Assembly (NCBI GenBank): GCA_013239625.1
Contig: MU054187.1
Span: 6,211,757 to 6,275,756 of the forward strand
Origin: Lama guanicoe
Taxonomy: Eukaryota
Length of the DNA stretch: 64,000 nucleotides
Reading direction: 5' to 3'
A model generated the notes under the pieces. It was not told where the DNA came from and did not search any database. It saw only the letters and a program-made list of their open reading frames with translations. Of the stretch, positions 12,501 to 24,480 are shown one piece after another; the first letter of the stretch is position 1; each line of letters begins with the position of its first letter. The position numbers were made by a program, and so were the translations under genes.

Positions 12501-14993
12501 CCTCTAATGCCTTCAGGTAAATTGAAGGATCACCTGAGTAACTCGAGGCTGATGAGGGAGGCTTTGAGGCAAGCACCAACTTCTGGGGCCGGGATGTTCT
12601 CTGGAAACCTGGCCTAATTGTCTCCAACTTGCTCAACATAATCGCATCACGTGTGGCTCTCCTCTAGCAGTGAAAAAAGTCCTGCGAACTGATAAGTGTT
12701 TCCCCTGAAATCAGTGAGACTGCATTAGCCCTCATTTTCTCACTGAGTGACACTGTTCATTCATTCACTCACTCATTCATCCATTCATTCATCCATCCTT
12801 CCGATTGGTAAGAGGATTTACTTTCTACCTCATAATAGTAAAAGTGGAAATTTCTTTTCATTTTCTTGGAAAATATTCCTGGCTTCTTGCCCCACTAGAA
12901 ATAGTTATGTCCATTCAGGAAGATTCTTCTTCATTTATTCCTGGAGGGAAAATCCCTAGAAACTCTGACCTTGGGGTGTCTATTTTCAAGACTGTTGAAA
13001 AAGAACTGCTTTTTGATGAATGTTATGAATCAGGTGAAAATATCTGATGTCGGTGTGGCAACTCGGGGGTGAGGGGTTGTGAGGAGATAAGCATTTTCTG
13101 TGTCAGGGGCTCCCAGTGCCCTGGGGTTTTGCTTTGGTTGGAAAGACGCTGGACCTGTCACCTAGGCGGCTAGTTGGCCGGGCAGGCTGGTTTCCCAGGG
13201 GGCATGGCCCTGGTGAGTCCCCAGTCTGGCCGCGGGGTTCTCAGGGCAAGAAATGAATAGTTAGGTCACTCGGAAGTGGTTGGCTCAGAACTGTCTCTTA
13301 CTTAACCAAAACCCACGAGAAACTGACATGTCAACCGTAAGTCCAGTTAATTCATACTTAATGCAGAATATATATGGCAGCCACATGGTCGAGGATCCGT
13401 GCAACACGAGGCGGCGGATGTCTGTCCTTCTGGCCTCCGTCTCTGATGCAGGGAGATCAATCCCAGAGGGCATAATAACATTACTCATTGTAAGTAGGAG
13501 GTCAAGTCATCCCTTCCCCACTTCCCCCAGCAATACTGGGGAGAGAATGACAGTTTCTGGGTCAAAGTCCCTTTTTAAAAGTCCCCAACTCAGTAAGTCT
13601 TCCTTGAGGTTGGTTCCCTTCATTCACTCGCTGTGATCGGCCTGAGCTCTTCTTTGCTGACTTGGTATTACCTTCCCGAGAACGTGTTGCTCATGACTCC
13701 GTAAGATGGGGGTTCTCGACTTTCTGTAAGCTGCACTTTCACAGACTGTCCCTGGGAGCCCATCACCTCCTCAGACAGCTGATGTCACCCCATACACCAC
13801 GCTTTCCCCCGTGTCCCTGGGGGCCTTCCTGAAGGGCTGAATCAGACCCAAGTAGCCTTCACGTCCAGACAATCTTTACAACTGCACAAGAGAGAAGAAA
13901 CCATTGATGAAACCAGAGCAAACTGAAGGTTCACTTTGCTGAACTTTAACATTAGTTACATATAACAGCAAATAACGTTACGTAGAAGCACAGGATTGGA
14001 AAACTCCATCCCCAGCATGCGCACGCTCACACACACCCTTTGACGTATGAAAAACTAAGTGGACCAGTGAAAATAAAACTGTATACTAACAAACACCAAG
14101 TGCGTATAATCTCTCCTGCTTGTATTTTCATAATTAAGTTCGGATGTTACAAAATTCTCCTAAAAAAATCTCAGTTTGGTCTGAATATTTATATTTAAAA
14201 ACCCATCCAATGGAAAGTTAGGTGATGTCTCATATACGCGCTAAATGCCATGCTGAAAATGCGTATCAGTGCCGGTCTGTGTGGGTAGGCTTTTCTTGTT
14301 AACACCCTGGCACAGGCGGAGGTGACTGATACTAAGACCAGCTCTAGGTAGTTTCTCTGCAGCCCACCTTCCCATCCCCTCCCCCTGCAAGCGTAAGTTG
14401 GCTTTCTTTCACAAACATGAAGAGTCAAAGTAAAAACAGCAGCATCAGTTAGTCAGAATGCTCTCCTCACTGGAAAACCACCATTGGAGGGGCCAGGAAA
14501 TGACAATTTTCAGCCTCCTGTGGTACGTGAATTATAAACCAAACACAGTGTCATGTGAAACCAGGGAAACTCATGTATTTCAGGAAAATCTCCCCCTCCC
14601 CCTGGGCTCGTTGTGTTTTGTTCCATGTGAATAGAATTCCTGTATTTTCCTACGGAGCAGCGATGGTTCCTGCCGGAAGGAAACAGAAAACTTCAGTCCT
14701 CTAATGGGAAGCCACTGCATGTGCAGCGGCCAGCCTTTGCGGGAACCCTGTTCACTTCCTTGGTAGGATGTGCGTGCGGGTTTATCTCAGCTGTGAAAGC
14801 AACAAAAAGATAAGACCAAGGACTTTTTCCTCGTTACAAAAAAAGCTGTTTGCTCACTGTCTGGAGAAAGAGCAAATCCCTAATTTTGAAGGGATTCCAG
14901 CAATTTAAGGATAAAAACAGCCCCTCCTCTTTTTGAATTTTGCGGTTCTCCTGCGTGAGGGCTTCTTATGATTTATTCAAAGATTCAGAAGTA

Positions 14994-15299
14994 CAGCCAT
15001 CCCTCGGTAGCCAAGGGGAATTGTTCCAGGGTATCTGAGGATGCTCAAGTCCCTTATATAAAATGGCGAAGTATTTGCATATATAACCTATGCACATCCT
15101 CCCTTACGTTTTAAATCATCTCTAGATGAGTTATAATACCTAATACAGTGTAAGTGCTATGTAAATAGTTGCCTGCATGGAAAAAATTCAAGTTCTGCTC
15201 TTTGGAACTTTCTGGAACTCTTCTTTTCCCCCAAGTACTTTTGATTTGAGGGTGGTTGAATCTGAGGACTTAGAACCTGTGCCTAGGGAGGGCCAACTG
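14994..15299. mobile_element. MER2(B)-like TcMar-Tigger MITE, full length
   Basis: TA|cagccatccctcgg...gagggccaactg|TA: terminal inverted repeats with TA duplication. Internal ggatgctcaagtcccttatataaaatggcg...aaatcatctctagat matches MER2. Confidence 0.92.
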
Positions 15300-15699
15300 T
15301 ACTATATGAATAGGTCACTGGGTTTGTGGCTACATTTGGTTCCTACTATTGTGAAATAAAACCACGTTTGGCTGGTTTCCTTAGGTAAGAGCAGAAATGA
15401 CTGGATGGAATGCCCGTCAACCCGTGCTATTTGAAGAGACATAGTCTGAATTCTCACATACTTTGAAACCTTTAAAAGAAATCAGAAATAGTAGGAAACA
15501 TTGCATCTGAAGCCACAAATACTGTCAACCTCTGTGGCTGGAGTAAGTGGCCAAGATGATGTATTCATCTCTGATGTATTTTACCCCTTTTGTAAATTTA
15601 AATGGTTCACGAGTTTCTTTTCTATAGAATCCAGTTTGGTCTTAACATTTCTTCCCGATCATGTGTGTTTGTCATTGTGGTTTTGGTTTCAATGAAAGC

Positions 15700-15810
15700 T
15701 TTGCCCCATTCCAGTGGTGGGATTTTAGGCAAATTATTCACCACCCTTGTGCCTCAGTTTCTTCATTTATAAAGTGGGGGTTAAAATAGTATTCACCTGC
15801 GAGAGTGCTT
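15700..15810 (+). mobile_element. MIR 5'/core fragment (3' part resumes at ~16410-16510)
   Basis: ggcaaattattcacc...gtgcctcagtttcttcatttataaagtgggg; later ggattaagtgagataatg. Confidence 0.75.
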
Positions 15811-15814
15811 CTGT

Positions 15815-16390
15815 ATTGACTCGTTTAACAAATACCATTACGTGTCCCTGATGCGCCAGGCATGGAGGATACAGCAGAGAGCCTCCCTGAATATGTATCC
15901 CTGTCCTGTTGGCTCTGATGGCTCAGGGAGAGAAATGAGCAAGTAAGCAACCAAAAAATAAGCAATTTTACATGATGTTAAGTGTTATGAAGGAAAAATA
16001 GGGTGATCTGATTGGCTTGAAGGAAGGTCTCCATGAGGTGGAGACACTTAAATTGAAGAATGGAAAAAATTAGCCCAGCAAAGGCTAGAGATTCCAGGCA
16101 GAGGGAAAGGCATGTGCAAAGGCCCTGAGGTGCAAATGTCTTTGAAAGCTGAAGAAGCAGAATATCAGTCTCTTGGTTGGAGAAAAGTGGTGTGGGCTGC
16201 AGGAGTAAATAGGCAATAGACAGGCCCAGATGGTGCTTGCTTGTGGGCCAAGGGAAGCAGTTGGAGCCAGTTCCTGAGCACTTTGGGAAGCCACTGGAGG
16301 GCCTCACTTAAGAGCAGCACTTGACCTCATTTACATTTTAAAAAAGAGCTCTCAGGCTACTGTGTTGGGAGGAGACTGGGGAAGAGGTAA
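15815..16390 (-). mobile_element. L2 3' fragment
   Basis: ttccaggcagagggaaaggcatgtgcaaaggccctgagg and gggaagccactggaggg are hallmark reverse L2 strings. Confidence 0.85.
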
Positions 16391-17049
16391 AAGCCAGGGC
16401 TTTCTTTGCACGGATTAAGTGAGATAATGAATGTTTAGCATTTGTGCAATACTTGACTCGCAGTAACTGCCCTGTTTGTGTGAGTGATGCCATTAGTAAT
16501 TATTATCAGTACTAATAGCAATTATGTTTTGGTTTGGCATCATAATCTGGTGGTTCAGCATGTACACCTGAAATGAAATGTCCTCCCTGACTGCAGGCAT
16601 TACAGTGTCAAAAAAAAATTAGGTCAGGAGTCAGGCAGTGAGTTTATCGGCCTAGATGGGGCTCAAACGTAAAGCCAAGTTTGATTTCTAAACAGTTTAT
16701 TATTGTCCACTAGTTAGTCTCACGTGTTGAGGGCAAACTTTTTACGAAGCAGAACCATTTTTTCGCTAATTAAATTAGTCTACCAATCTCTCAAAGAAGG
16801 TGCTTCTTGAAAACTCTTTAGTTTCCAGAAACCTATAACATTACTTCTGTGAGACTTACTTCTGACCCGAATGAGGATTTGTGTGCTTGGAGAACTAGCA
16901 TTTTTGTACCAGATCTCAAGTTTTGGGAAAGGGTGTTGGCTGTAGACAATCAGAATATATGTTCTCCATTCCCCTTGCTCTCTGGTGAGCTTTTAGCACC
17001 CACTGCTGTCTCAGCCTCTAGGCAGTGGGGCAGAACTATGCTGAGTAAC

Positions 17050-17210
17050 TGTATGTGCCTTCCCGGGCCTCTCTAAGCCTCAGTTTCCACATCTGTGAAA
17101 TGGCTGTGATAATAGTGTCCTCCTTTTAAGGCTGTGAAGATTGAGGGAGAGAATTCTTTAAAGTGCTTCCGCAGTGTCGGACAGGTAAAAAGAGCTCACG
17201 GATGAACTCT
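17050..17210 (+). mobile_element. MIR SINE
   Basis: cctctctaagcctcagtttccacatctgtgaaatgg...gtgaagattgaggg. Confidence 0.82.
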
Positions 17211-17236
17211 CAAAGTGATTGCTGTTGTTTGGAGAC

Positions 17237-17372
17237 CAAAGTCCCTGATCTCCTTTATTTGACCTATTCAATGGCAGATGAAAAGGATAGTTCTGGGATT
17301 CCAGGTTATCAGAAAATTTTGGTGTGATGACCTTTGACATTTTATCTCTGACCCTGATTTGACCTTTGAGCT
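17237..17372 (-). promoter_or_regulatory. Composite nuclear-receptor response element (DR1 + DR5 + DR1, plus HNF4-type and GATA motifs)
   Basis: TGACCT-t-TGACAT (17328-17340), TGACCC-tgatt-TGACCT (17349-17365), TGACCT-t-TGAGCT (17360-17372), TTATCT at 17342-17347, CAAAGTCC at 17237-17244. Confidence 0.55.
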
Positions 17373-17589
17373 AGGACGAGACCTGGAAAAGGGCCCCAGG
17401 GAACTGGTTCCAGCTGTCGACTCTAGAGTCAGAGACTCGCAGCTTTGTTAGAGGCGGTGGCCTCCAAACGCTGCTGGAAATTACACTTGTAACCTGGGAG
17501 TTTGATAAGCCGAGGGGCCTGGGGCTTCAAGCCCTCCTGTCCTCGGCTGTTCTAACTAGCAGTCATTATCTCTGTAATGCTCTGATGCT

Positions 17590-19080
17590 AAATGATGGCG
17601 CTGCTAATGCACGCGGCATCCCAGGCACAGGTGCCAGCTGTTCCTCCGCCGGGCAGCTGACCGCCTGTGTGCTCGCAGGCGCGCTCCCGGGGCCCAGCCC
17701 CCGCCCGCACGAGCCAAACAAAGCCAGGCTGGGCCTTCCACCGCCCACCCCGCCCTTCCCCCCACAGCCTGAAGGAGGCCCTCGGCCCTCCTCCCAGCCC
17801 TCTCCCCTCCTCCGCCCCTCCCTCGCTCTTCCCCTCGCTGCCCTCCCTCCCACTGGTGGTTTCTTCCTGCCACTGAAATCCAGGAAACCACCCCCCACAT
17901 TTCCTCTGCCCACAATTTTCTCCAGGGCCAAACTCACACACAATTCAGCCTGGTTTGGAGTTCCCTTTTCCCCGCCCCACGAGAAACCCCAACTCTGCCC
18001 TTCATTTCTAAGAGTAGGGGCTTGCTAGAGAAGGCTGCTTATTTTTGAGTCTTATGATTGACCTTTCATCATCATTATCATCATCATCAAAAAAAAAAAA
18101 CAAAACCACACATTGAAGACACATCACAGAAGAACAAATGTGAGGCTTTTCACACTCACACACACACACACAGCCCCTTTACACTCCGGTCAGTAGGGCA
18201 GCCTTCCGCAGAAAACATCTGCAGGATGAGTCGTTTTTCGGGAACTTTCATCTCCTGATTCATTGTGTCTGCAGTGCGGGTAACCGAGCTGAAAGCGGGG
18301 AACAGCAGGCCAATTTGGCACATAAACAGATTTAAATATGAACCGAGGGGTTTGCCCACCTTATGATGAGTGGTTGACTAGCTGCCAAAAAGCAAAACAA
18401 AAACAAAAACAATAGATGGGGTTGGTGAGGGTTGAGGGACAGGAGTTGCAGTTTCTCAACAGGGCGGAGGCTCCTGTAATCCCGACAGCTCGAAGGATGC
18501 CGGGGGTCACGGCACAGCTGCTGGGCCGGAAAGACAAAGGGCGAGGTGGGGCGCCCGCGGCCTGGCTGCGGGGAGCTGGGCACGGCGCGGGGCCGAGGGG
18601 TCGGGGCTCTGCGCCCCCAGCCGCCTCTGACCTTGACTTCGTCCTCGCGGCTGGCGCGGGAGGAAAGCCGGTCCAGATGGGCGTCCCGCGTGTGTCGCCT
18701 CCCCCCCGCCCCCGCGCCCTGGCGCAGATGTCGCCGGCCGCTCCGGGCCTCGCCGCGCCGCCCACGGAGGCCGCGGCCCCGGCGCCCCGGCGCCCCGACC
18801 CCTGCCCCGCGCGCCCCTGGCTGGGCCCGCGCCGCGTGCTCCGCGAGGATCCCCTCGGACAAAGGCGAGTCTGTGCCGGGCCGGCTCAGGGGCCCCGTCC
18901 CCGCAGGTCTCGCCGCGCCCGGCCCCGAGCCATCCCGGGGGTCGTGGACCCTCCGCCCCTCGGGGCATCGGAGGCCCTGGCGACCTGCGCGCCCGGACCA
19001 CGATGTCACCTGCGCCTGGCAAGTCCATGGAGACGGCTCGCGCAGTGACAGGTCGGAGGCGGCCCGAGGGATCCATAATT
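17590..19080. promoter_or_regulatory. CpG island (core ~18500-19080, second CpG/GC-box patch ~17590-17850); probable promoter or CGI enhancer
   Basis: Very high GC and CpG density against CpG-depleted flanks; GC boxes (ccgccc), CACCC motifs; no interspersed repeats seen. Confidence 0.85.
18066..18171. repeat. (ATC)n + poly-A + (CA)n simple repeats inside the CpG island
   Basis: tcatcatcattatcatcatcatc, A12, cacactcacacacacacaca. Confidence 0.9.
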
Positions 19081-20721
19081 TATGATGTTGTTCTTACCAA
19101 TCCGGTTTGGGATTTCACAAGCTTTGCCAGTTTTCTTTCCCATTTGTTGCTTCCGTCTGTCCTTTCGGAGAAAACGCCTCTTCCCCTCCCCGAGACAGTA
19201 GCAGTTACCTTATTGACTCAGTGTGATAAGAAAGAAAAAAAGGGGGTTTCTACCTGAGGGATTGCTCAGAAGGGTGAAGGGAACACAGGTAAAGGGGCGG
19301 GTCTGAAAGAGATGCGTCCACTGTGTACCTGTGGCTATTTTTTACCCCAACTATGTATAAAAAAACTCATTTCCAGAGAGTTGGCGTGGGGGGTTGTGCT
19401 CAGAGGCAGTGAGGAAGAGCATTCCCTGTCCCTACAATCATCTTCCTCATTTATCATTAAACCTCTTGGCCCTGAGTAGTTTTTTTTAGTCCTGCAGGCC
19501 TGCCAAGAATGATGACAAGGTGGCAGGAAAGGAAGGGGTTAATTACTCCCCCTGCAGCCCAGCCTGAGGATCCCGGCCTCCCCGCCGCGGGCCAGCATTG
19601 CATCAGAGCAACCTCAGGTGTTTCTAAGTTAGGGCTCACTGAGGGACCCTTTGGCAAAGGATGCTTCTGTCCCGAAAATTCCTTAAATTGCTGTAGTGAT
19701 TGGGGAAAGATTTATGGATTTTATCAAGTTTTAGTGCAATAAATCAGTAAGTGATAGGGACAGCAAAGGACCCAGCTAAGTTGGGGGGAGTTTTTTTCTT
19801 GTTTCTTTTCCTTTTTCTTTCTTTTCTTGGAAAAAAAAATGTATTGAAGTCTCCTTCTTTTTCTCTTTTGGACTCAATGTTGCTAAGGGGACTTGGGACC
19901 AGAGCGCAACCATGGCAAATGCTTTTGCTGAGGCTGGAGCTTGCAAAGACTTGAGGAAGAGGGGATCTGAGGGGTCAGATCTATCCATCCAGACTGCTGC
20001 AAGTGCCCAGAGACCCCAAGCCCAGGGCTGCTCCCGTTCCTCCTGTGGCTGAGGAGGAACCAGGCCTGGGAGGGTCCACGAGCTTGAGAGCCAGCGGCCC
20101 CTGCAGATGGCTGGGTCATTTTGTGGTTTACAAACGACCAAGTCAGGTTGAAGCCACAGTCACTGTGGTTACAGGCAACCGTGATTAGTCACACAGTGAG
20201 TGACCCAGTTAGAGCACACCCTCTTTTAAAAGGACATTATTCAACACCTTGCTAGCTTGATTTCAGAGGCAGTCCATGGAACAAGGGGGGATGAAGACAG
20301 CAAGGAAATGGGGACTGAAACCAAGGGTGGAGGTTCACGTAGGCCAGGAGTGGGTTTTCTGGAAAGGAGCAGATCTGGGCTGTGGCTTTTGAGGCAGGTA
20401 GGATTTGAACTTTGACAAGAGATGGCTTCCCTGCGTTCGGATATGGCCTTCTCTGAAGGGAGGCAGGGAAAGAAAGAAATTGTCTCCGAGTTACCTCCTG
20501 AGCGTTGGCTTGGCCTGTACGTTTGGGGCCATCTGTAAGATGAAGGTGGGGAGACAGGAAGAGGAAAAAAAGCCCTGCGTATGGAGGCTTGTGTGGGTTT
20601 TTACTTTTTAAAAATAGCATTTCTTTTTACCGCAATGGCGTAGGGACTTGTAAACACGACTCGCCAGCAACAGTAAACAAATTAGTCCAAGTTCTTTCAT
20701 CTGAAAATGTGGTAGAGCAAG

Positions 20722-20777
20722 TGTCTCTCTGTCTCTGTGTATCTGTCTGTCTCTCTCTCTCTCTCTCTTTTTTTTTG
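20722..20777. repeat. (CT)n microsatellite and T run
   Basis: Read directly. Confidence 0.85.
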
Positions 20778-22099
20778 GCAAAGGGAAAATGCAAAACAAA
20801 AAATTCCCCCCCCTTAAAGGCTTCTTTGCTGATGAGTGTTTGTCCAGGAACAAACAGCCTTTTATTCGAATGGTCTCCAAAAGTTCATAAGCAAAAAAAA
20901 AAAGTGTCCAATGTCTGGTTACCCACAATACAGCCTCTGGCTGCATAGTGAAGCTTTTCTGTCCTGGATTTGTGATCTGCTATCGGAGTCCTTTAATTTC
21001 CCCGAACAGAGGGCTCTTTGGGAGAAGAAAGCTTGAGGGTGGGGAGGAACATTGGAATCAGTTTCCCCCCATCCCTTTGCTGTTTTCTTCCAGTCAGCAA
21101 GTAGTGCTCGAATTCTTCTGATCTTTCCCAGCATCTTAGCAAGGTGAGGGCCAGGGAAGGGTTAAACCGGGCCACGAACAGGTTTCCCTGCTGGCCTATC
21201 TGACTGGGTGGAGCAGCTGGTCAGGCACCACCTAGGAACTCTTCATAAAAAGGAGCCGCCCTACTCCTGGTGCCCTTCATCTCCTTTGGAGATTTTCCTT
21301 TTACAGCGTGTTTTATACCACCTTCAGTGATGACCGTCTTTTTAAAGTCACGGGCTCCCTTTAACTGATGGGAGTTTACAGATGTTCCCAACATTCCAAA
21401 TGTAGTATCTGGTGAGATGAAAGAGGCAAACGAGGAGGGAGAGGATGGACGACCATTTTTGAGGGCTGGGCAAAAATAAGTATTTGCAGCTCAATTTTGA
21501 TTGCTTGGAAACAAATCATTTGTAATGTTCGGTCGCTTGTAGTGGGTGGAAGCTTCAGTTCAGATAAATTCAGTTTAATAGACTTATTGTGCAGCCTCAG
21601 TCACAGCCAGGTAAACACCAGGTGCCAAGGATACAGGAGAAAAAGACACCACGCGACCGTGCTTACCTTCCGTAGGAGAGGGAGAGCTAAAAGGTCATTT
21701 TTAAGATGACTTTTGGAAACACATAAATCCATTATCCTCTAATTACAACTTCAGTTTTATGCTATAAACACAGATTTTTAAAAGTATTTTGTATATTTTC
21801 ATATTTTTTATATTTTTTAGTGTATTGTTTACATATTTTGTACAGTTTTGGCAATACTTTGAGAAATACCTTGGAGTATTTTTGAATGGTTCATTACTAT
21901 GTTTTCGTACTTAGCATTTGTTGCAGTTTGTGACATAAATATGCTTTCATTTTTCATGCATAAAGGTTTATGGCATATGTTTTTGTGGTCTGTATTCTTT
22001 AAAATAATAAATTGGTCTTAAAAGATCTACTTACTGCTATTCAACATGAATTAAATCTTTTTTGATAATTAAAAAATTAATAAAATAAAATGACTTTTG

Positions 22100-22260
22100 G
22101 ATAAGGGTGAGAGCTTTTGAAAATAATAGCCCAGGATAGAGAGAAGGCCTCTCTGAAGAGCTATTTGAGCTGAGATCAAGAAACGAAAGGGAGGCTGCCA
22201 TGGTACCACTTGGAAAGAGTGGTCCAGGCAAGGAGACTCAGGGAGGCTGAGAGCAGCTGC
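22100..22260 (-). mobile_element. L2 fragment
   Basis: gagaaggcctctctgaagag...tttgagctgagatc...ggaaagagtggtccaggca. Confidence 0.65.
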
Positions 22261-22343
22261 TTGAGCTGCAGAGACAGAGGGAAGGACTGGGTCTCAGGGT
22301 TGGGGAGAAACTGGGTGGAGGGGAGGCTCAAGATTCCTTCACT

Positions 22344-22400
22344 TGCCAGAGTCACGATGTGCACAACTCCAGGGGGTGCTGTCATAACCTACAGGCTGCC
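22344..22400. mobile_element. Possible MER91-like hAT fragment
   Basis: gtgcacaactccagggggtgc resembles my recollection of the MER91B core (gtgcacaactccagggggcgcc); short match only. Confidence 0.4.
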
Positions 22401-23649
22401 TGCAACTGGCATCTGCCCTGATTCACTTCCACCTGCAAACCAGCAAAACGGCTATGAAGGCACTGGCTGCCCTTTTTATCTGCGAATTTGCTTTGCCTTC
22501 ACTTGAAAGTCAGCAACACTGATGGAGAGCAGAAGACCCGGCTATTGTAGAGCAAGACCAGGGTGTCACAGTTTGGGGAGGGGAGGGTATAGCGGGTGTG
22601 TCTTGTGGCTTGGTTTCCATTGTTCCGAGGGGAGAGACCCATGAGCTGTGGACCAGGACCAGTATTTCCCCTCGGGAGAGATTCGGGGCCCCGGAAGTAA
22701 CCCCCTCAGACCTGGGTGTGGGCCTCTCTTCTCCCAGGAGCCCGGCGTCCTGCGCCCCAGGCCTGCTTCAGATTTCTTCCAGGAGCCGGCGGTGCCCCTC
22801 CCTCCCTCTCTCTGGTGGTCTATCTCAGCTTCCGAGGGTGGATCCGGCTCTTTTCTCCTGTAAAAGCACCAGGTCATCTCTGAGTTCCCTGGGAAAAGAG
22901 CCCATCTCACTCCTTCCTTTCCTGCTTGTCTCATTCCTCAATTTAGGTTTTTGATGGGTGGGCAAGGGTTTTCCAGTTCCTGGGTAGACTGCGGAGGAGA
23001 GGAAGAAATAAAGGAATATTCCAGAAGGCAGCAGGAAGATAGGGACGAGGTGGGGAGTGGGACAGCTCCTCTGACTTACCCCTAGGCCTCTAAGTTTGAG
23101 AAAGAATTGTTTTCAGCAAACTCCCACCTACAATTGCCTTTCTTTTTTTTCCCTCTTCACCTCCCTACCTGCTCCCCCAGAAACTTGGGCCGGGTCTCTA
23201 AACTGGTTGGTCTGCCCACACCCCGTTCTTCTCGGGGCCTCCACCGCTCGCCTGGGGTGAGGGGCCGTGCGCAGCCAGGGCTCTGGGAGGTGGATGAACA
23301 GTTCAGCTCCACTGCCAGCTCTCCCTGGCTCCTTGGCCGTCACAAAGCGCCCGCGGTGGCAACCCTCCAGCTGTGCTTCCTTTGCTCACACCCGGGCAGA
23401 GCAGCGGAGCAGAAGCAGGGCCACCGTCTCAAGGCCAGGGCCCTTTCTCAGACCTCTCTGACTCCCTCCCTGTCCTTGCCTCACTTACTCACAAGAGTAT
23501 CTAGACTTCCTGTCTCTTTCAACTTCCATTCTCATCCAGAATAGGAACTTTGGTTTTGTTCTGTCGAGCGACCTAGGGTCACAGAATGCTGGGATGTCCT
23601 CCAGTCCATCTTTCCCTTCATCTTCCAGGATCCAGCTCTGGGTTCTGAG

Positions 23650-23868
23650 ACGATGGGTTTGAACCCTAGCCTTGCCTTTACTGTCCACAGGAACTTGATG
23701 AGTTACAGGATTTCTCAGAGACTCAGCTCATTTGTGAAATGAGGATAATAACAGCCCCCCTCCCATAGAGTTGCTTCGAGAATTGAATGAGGTCCTTGAA
23801 GAAGACTCCCTCAAAGGTGCTGAGCCCAAGGCCAGGGCTCAAGTACGTGATCAGCATTGAATGTTGCA
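23650..23868 (+). mobile_element. MIR SINE
   Basis: tgggtttgaaccctagc...ctcatttgtgaaatgaggataataacag...cccatagagttg. Confidence 0.78.
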
Positions 23869-23879
23869 AACCAATTCCT

Positions 23880-24480
23880 GAAACTCTCTCCTTCCCTGGC
23901 TTTGTCATCTCGCACTGTGTTCTGAATGCTTCTGGTCTTGGCCTTCTTTGTCTATTTGACGTTCTTCTCCCAGTCTTCTCTGGTCTTCCTGATGGAACTG
24001 AGCGAGTACCTGTTGACCCTGTAATGGGCTCACACTGGGCAATCTCCCTCATCCATCCTGCTACCACTGGCCCTACATGGGTTGCCTCCAAATTGTCATC
24101 CTCAGTCCTTGCCTCTCTGCAGGTGACTTCCTGCGACTCTAAGTTCCTCTTGGACTTCTCCAGGCATCACAAACCCAATCTGTCTAAAACCTAAATTATC
24201 ATCTTCCCTCTCAGTCAGAAATCCTCTCCCAACCTCCACTCTCAGAATCACACTGGTTCCACCTTCTCTGGAACACCCTTCCTCCCGGCCACTGTCTCTT
24301 TCCCTGAGACTCCAGGTCTGAAGCATCTTCACTTGCACTATCTCCCTCTGAGAATCTCTCTTATTTCCTTTCCAGGACCACCACACACATCCAGCTCCTG
24401 GGCGCTTTGTTCCTGTGATGGTCTAGTCGCTACCTTCCTGCCCCCAAGCTCCGAGCTCTCCTCCCTGATCCGTCCAGCCA
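23880..24480 (+). mobile_element. L2 internal fragment
   Basis: ctctctccttccctggcttt...ctccaaattg...ccaggcatcacaaacccaatctgtctaaaacctaaattatcatcttccc. Confidence 0.7.

Noticed and set aside
17416..17428. GTCGACTCTAGAG resembling a pUC polylinker (SalI-XbaI)
   Set aside because: Only 13 bp with non-vector flanks; chance match rather than contamination.
18362..18450. ATGATGA as the C box of a C/D snoRNA
   Set aside because: No D box (CTGA) or terminal stem at a suitable distance.
18332..19085. Overlapping 134-225 aa ORFs on both strands
   Set aside because: Pro/Arg/Gly/Ala-rich low-complexity translations are expected from stop-codon scarcity in a CpG island; no recognisable domain.
22575..22592. 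gggagggtatagc resembling the camelid SINE 5' end
   Set aside because: No A/B box continuation, tail or TSD.
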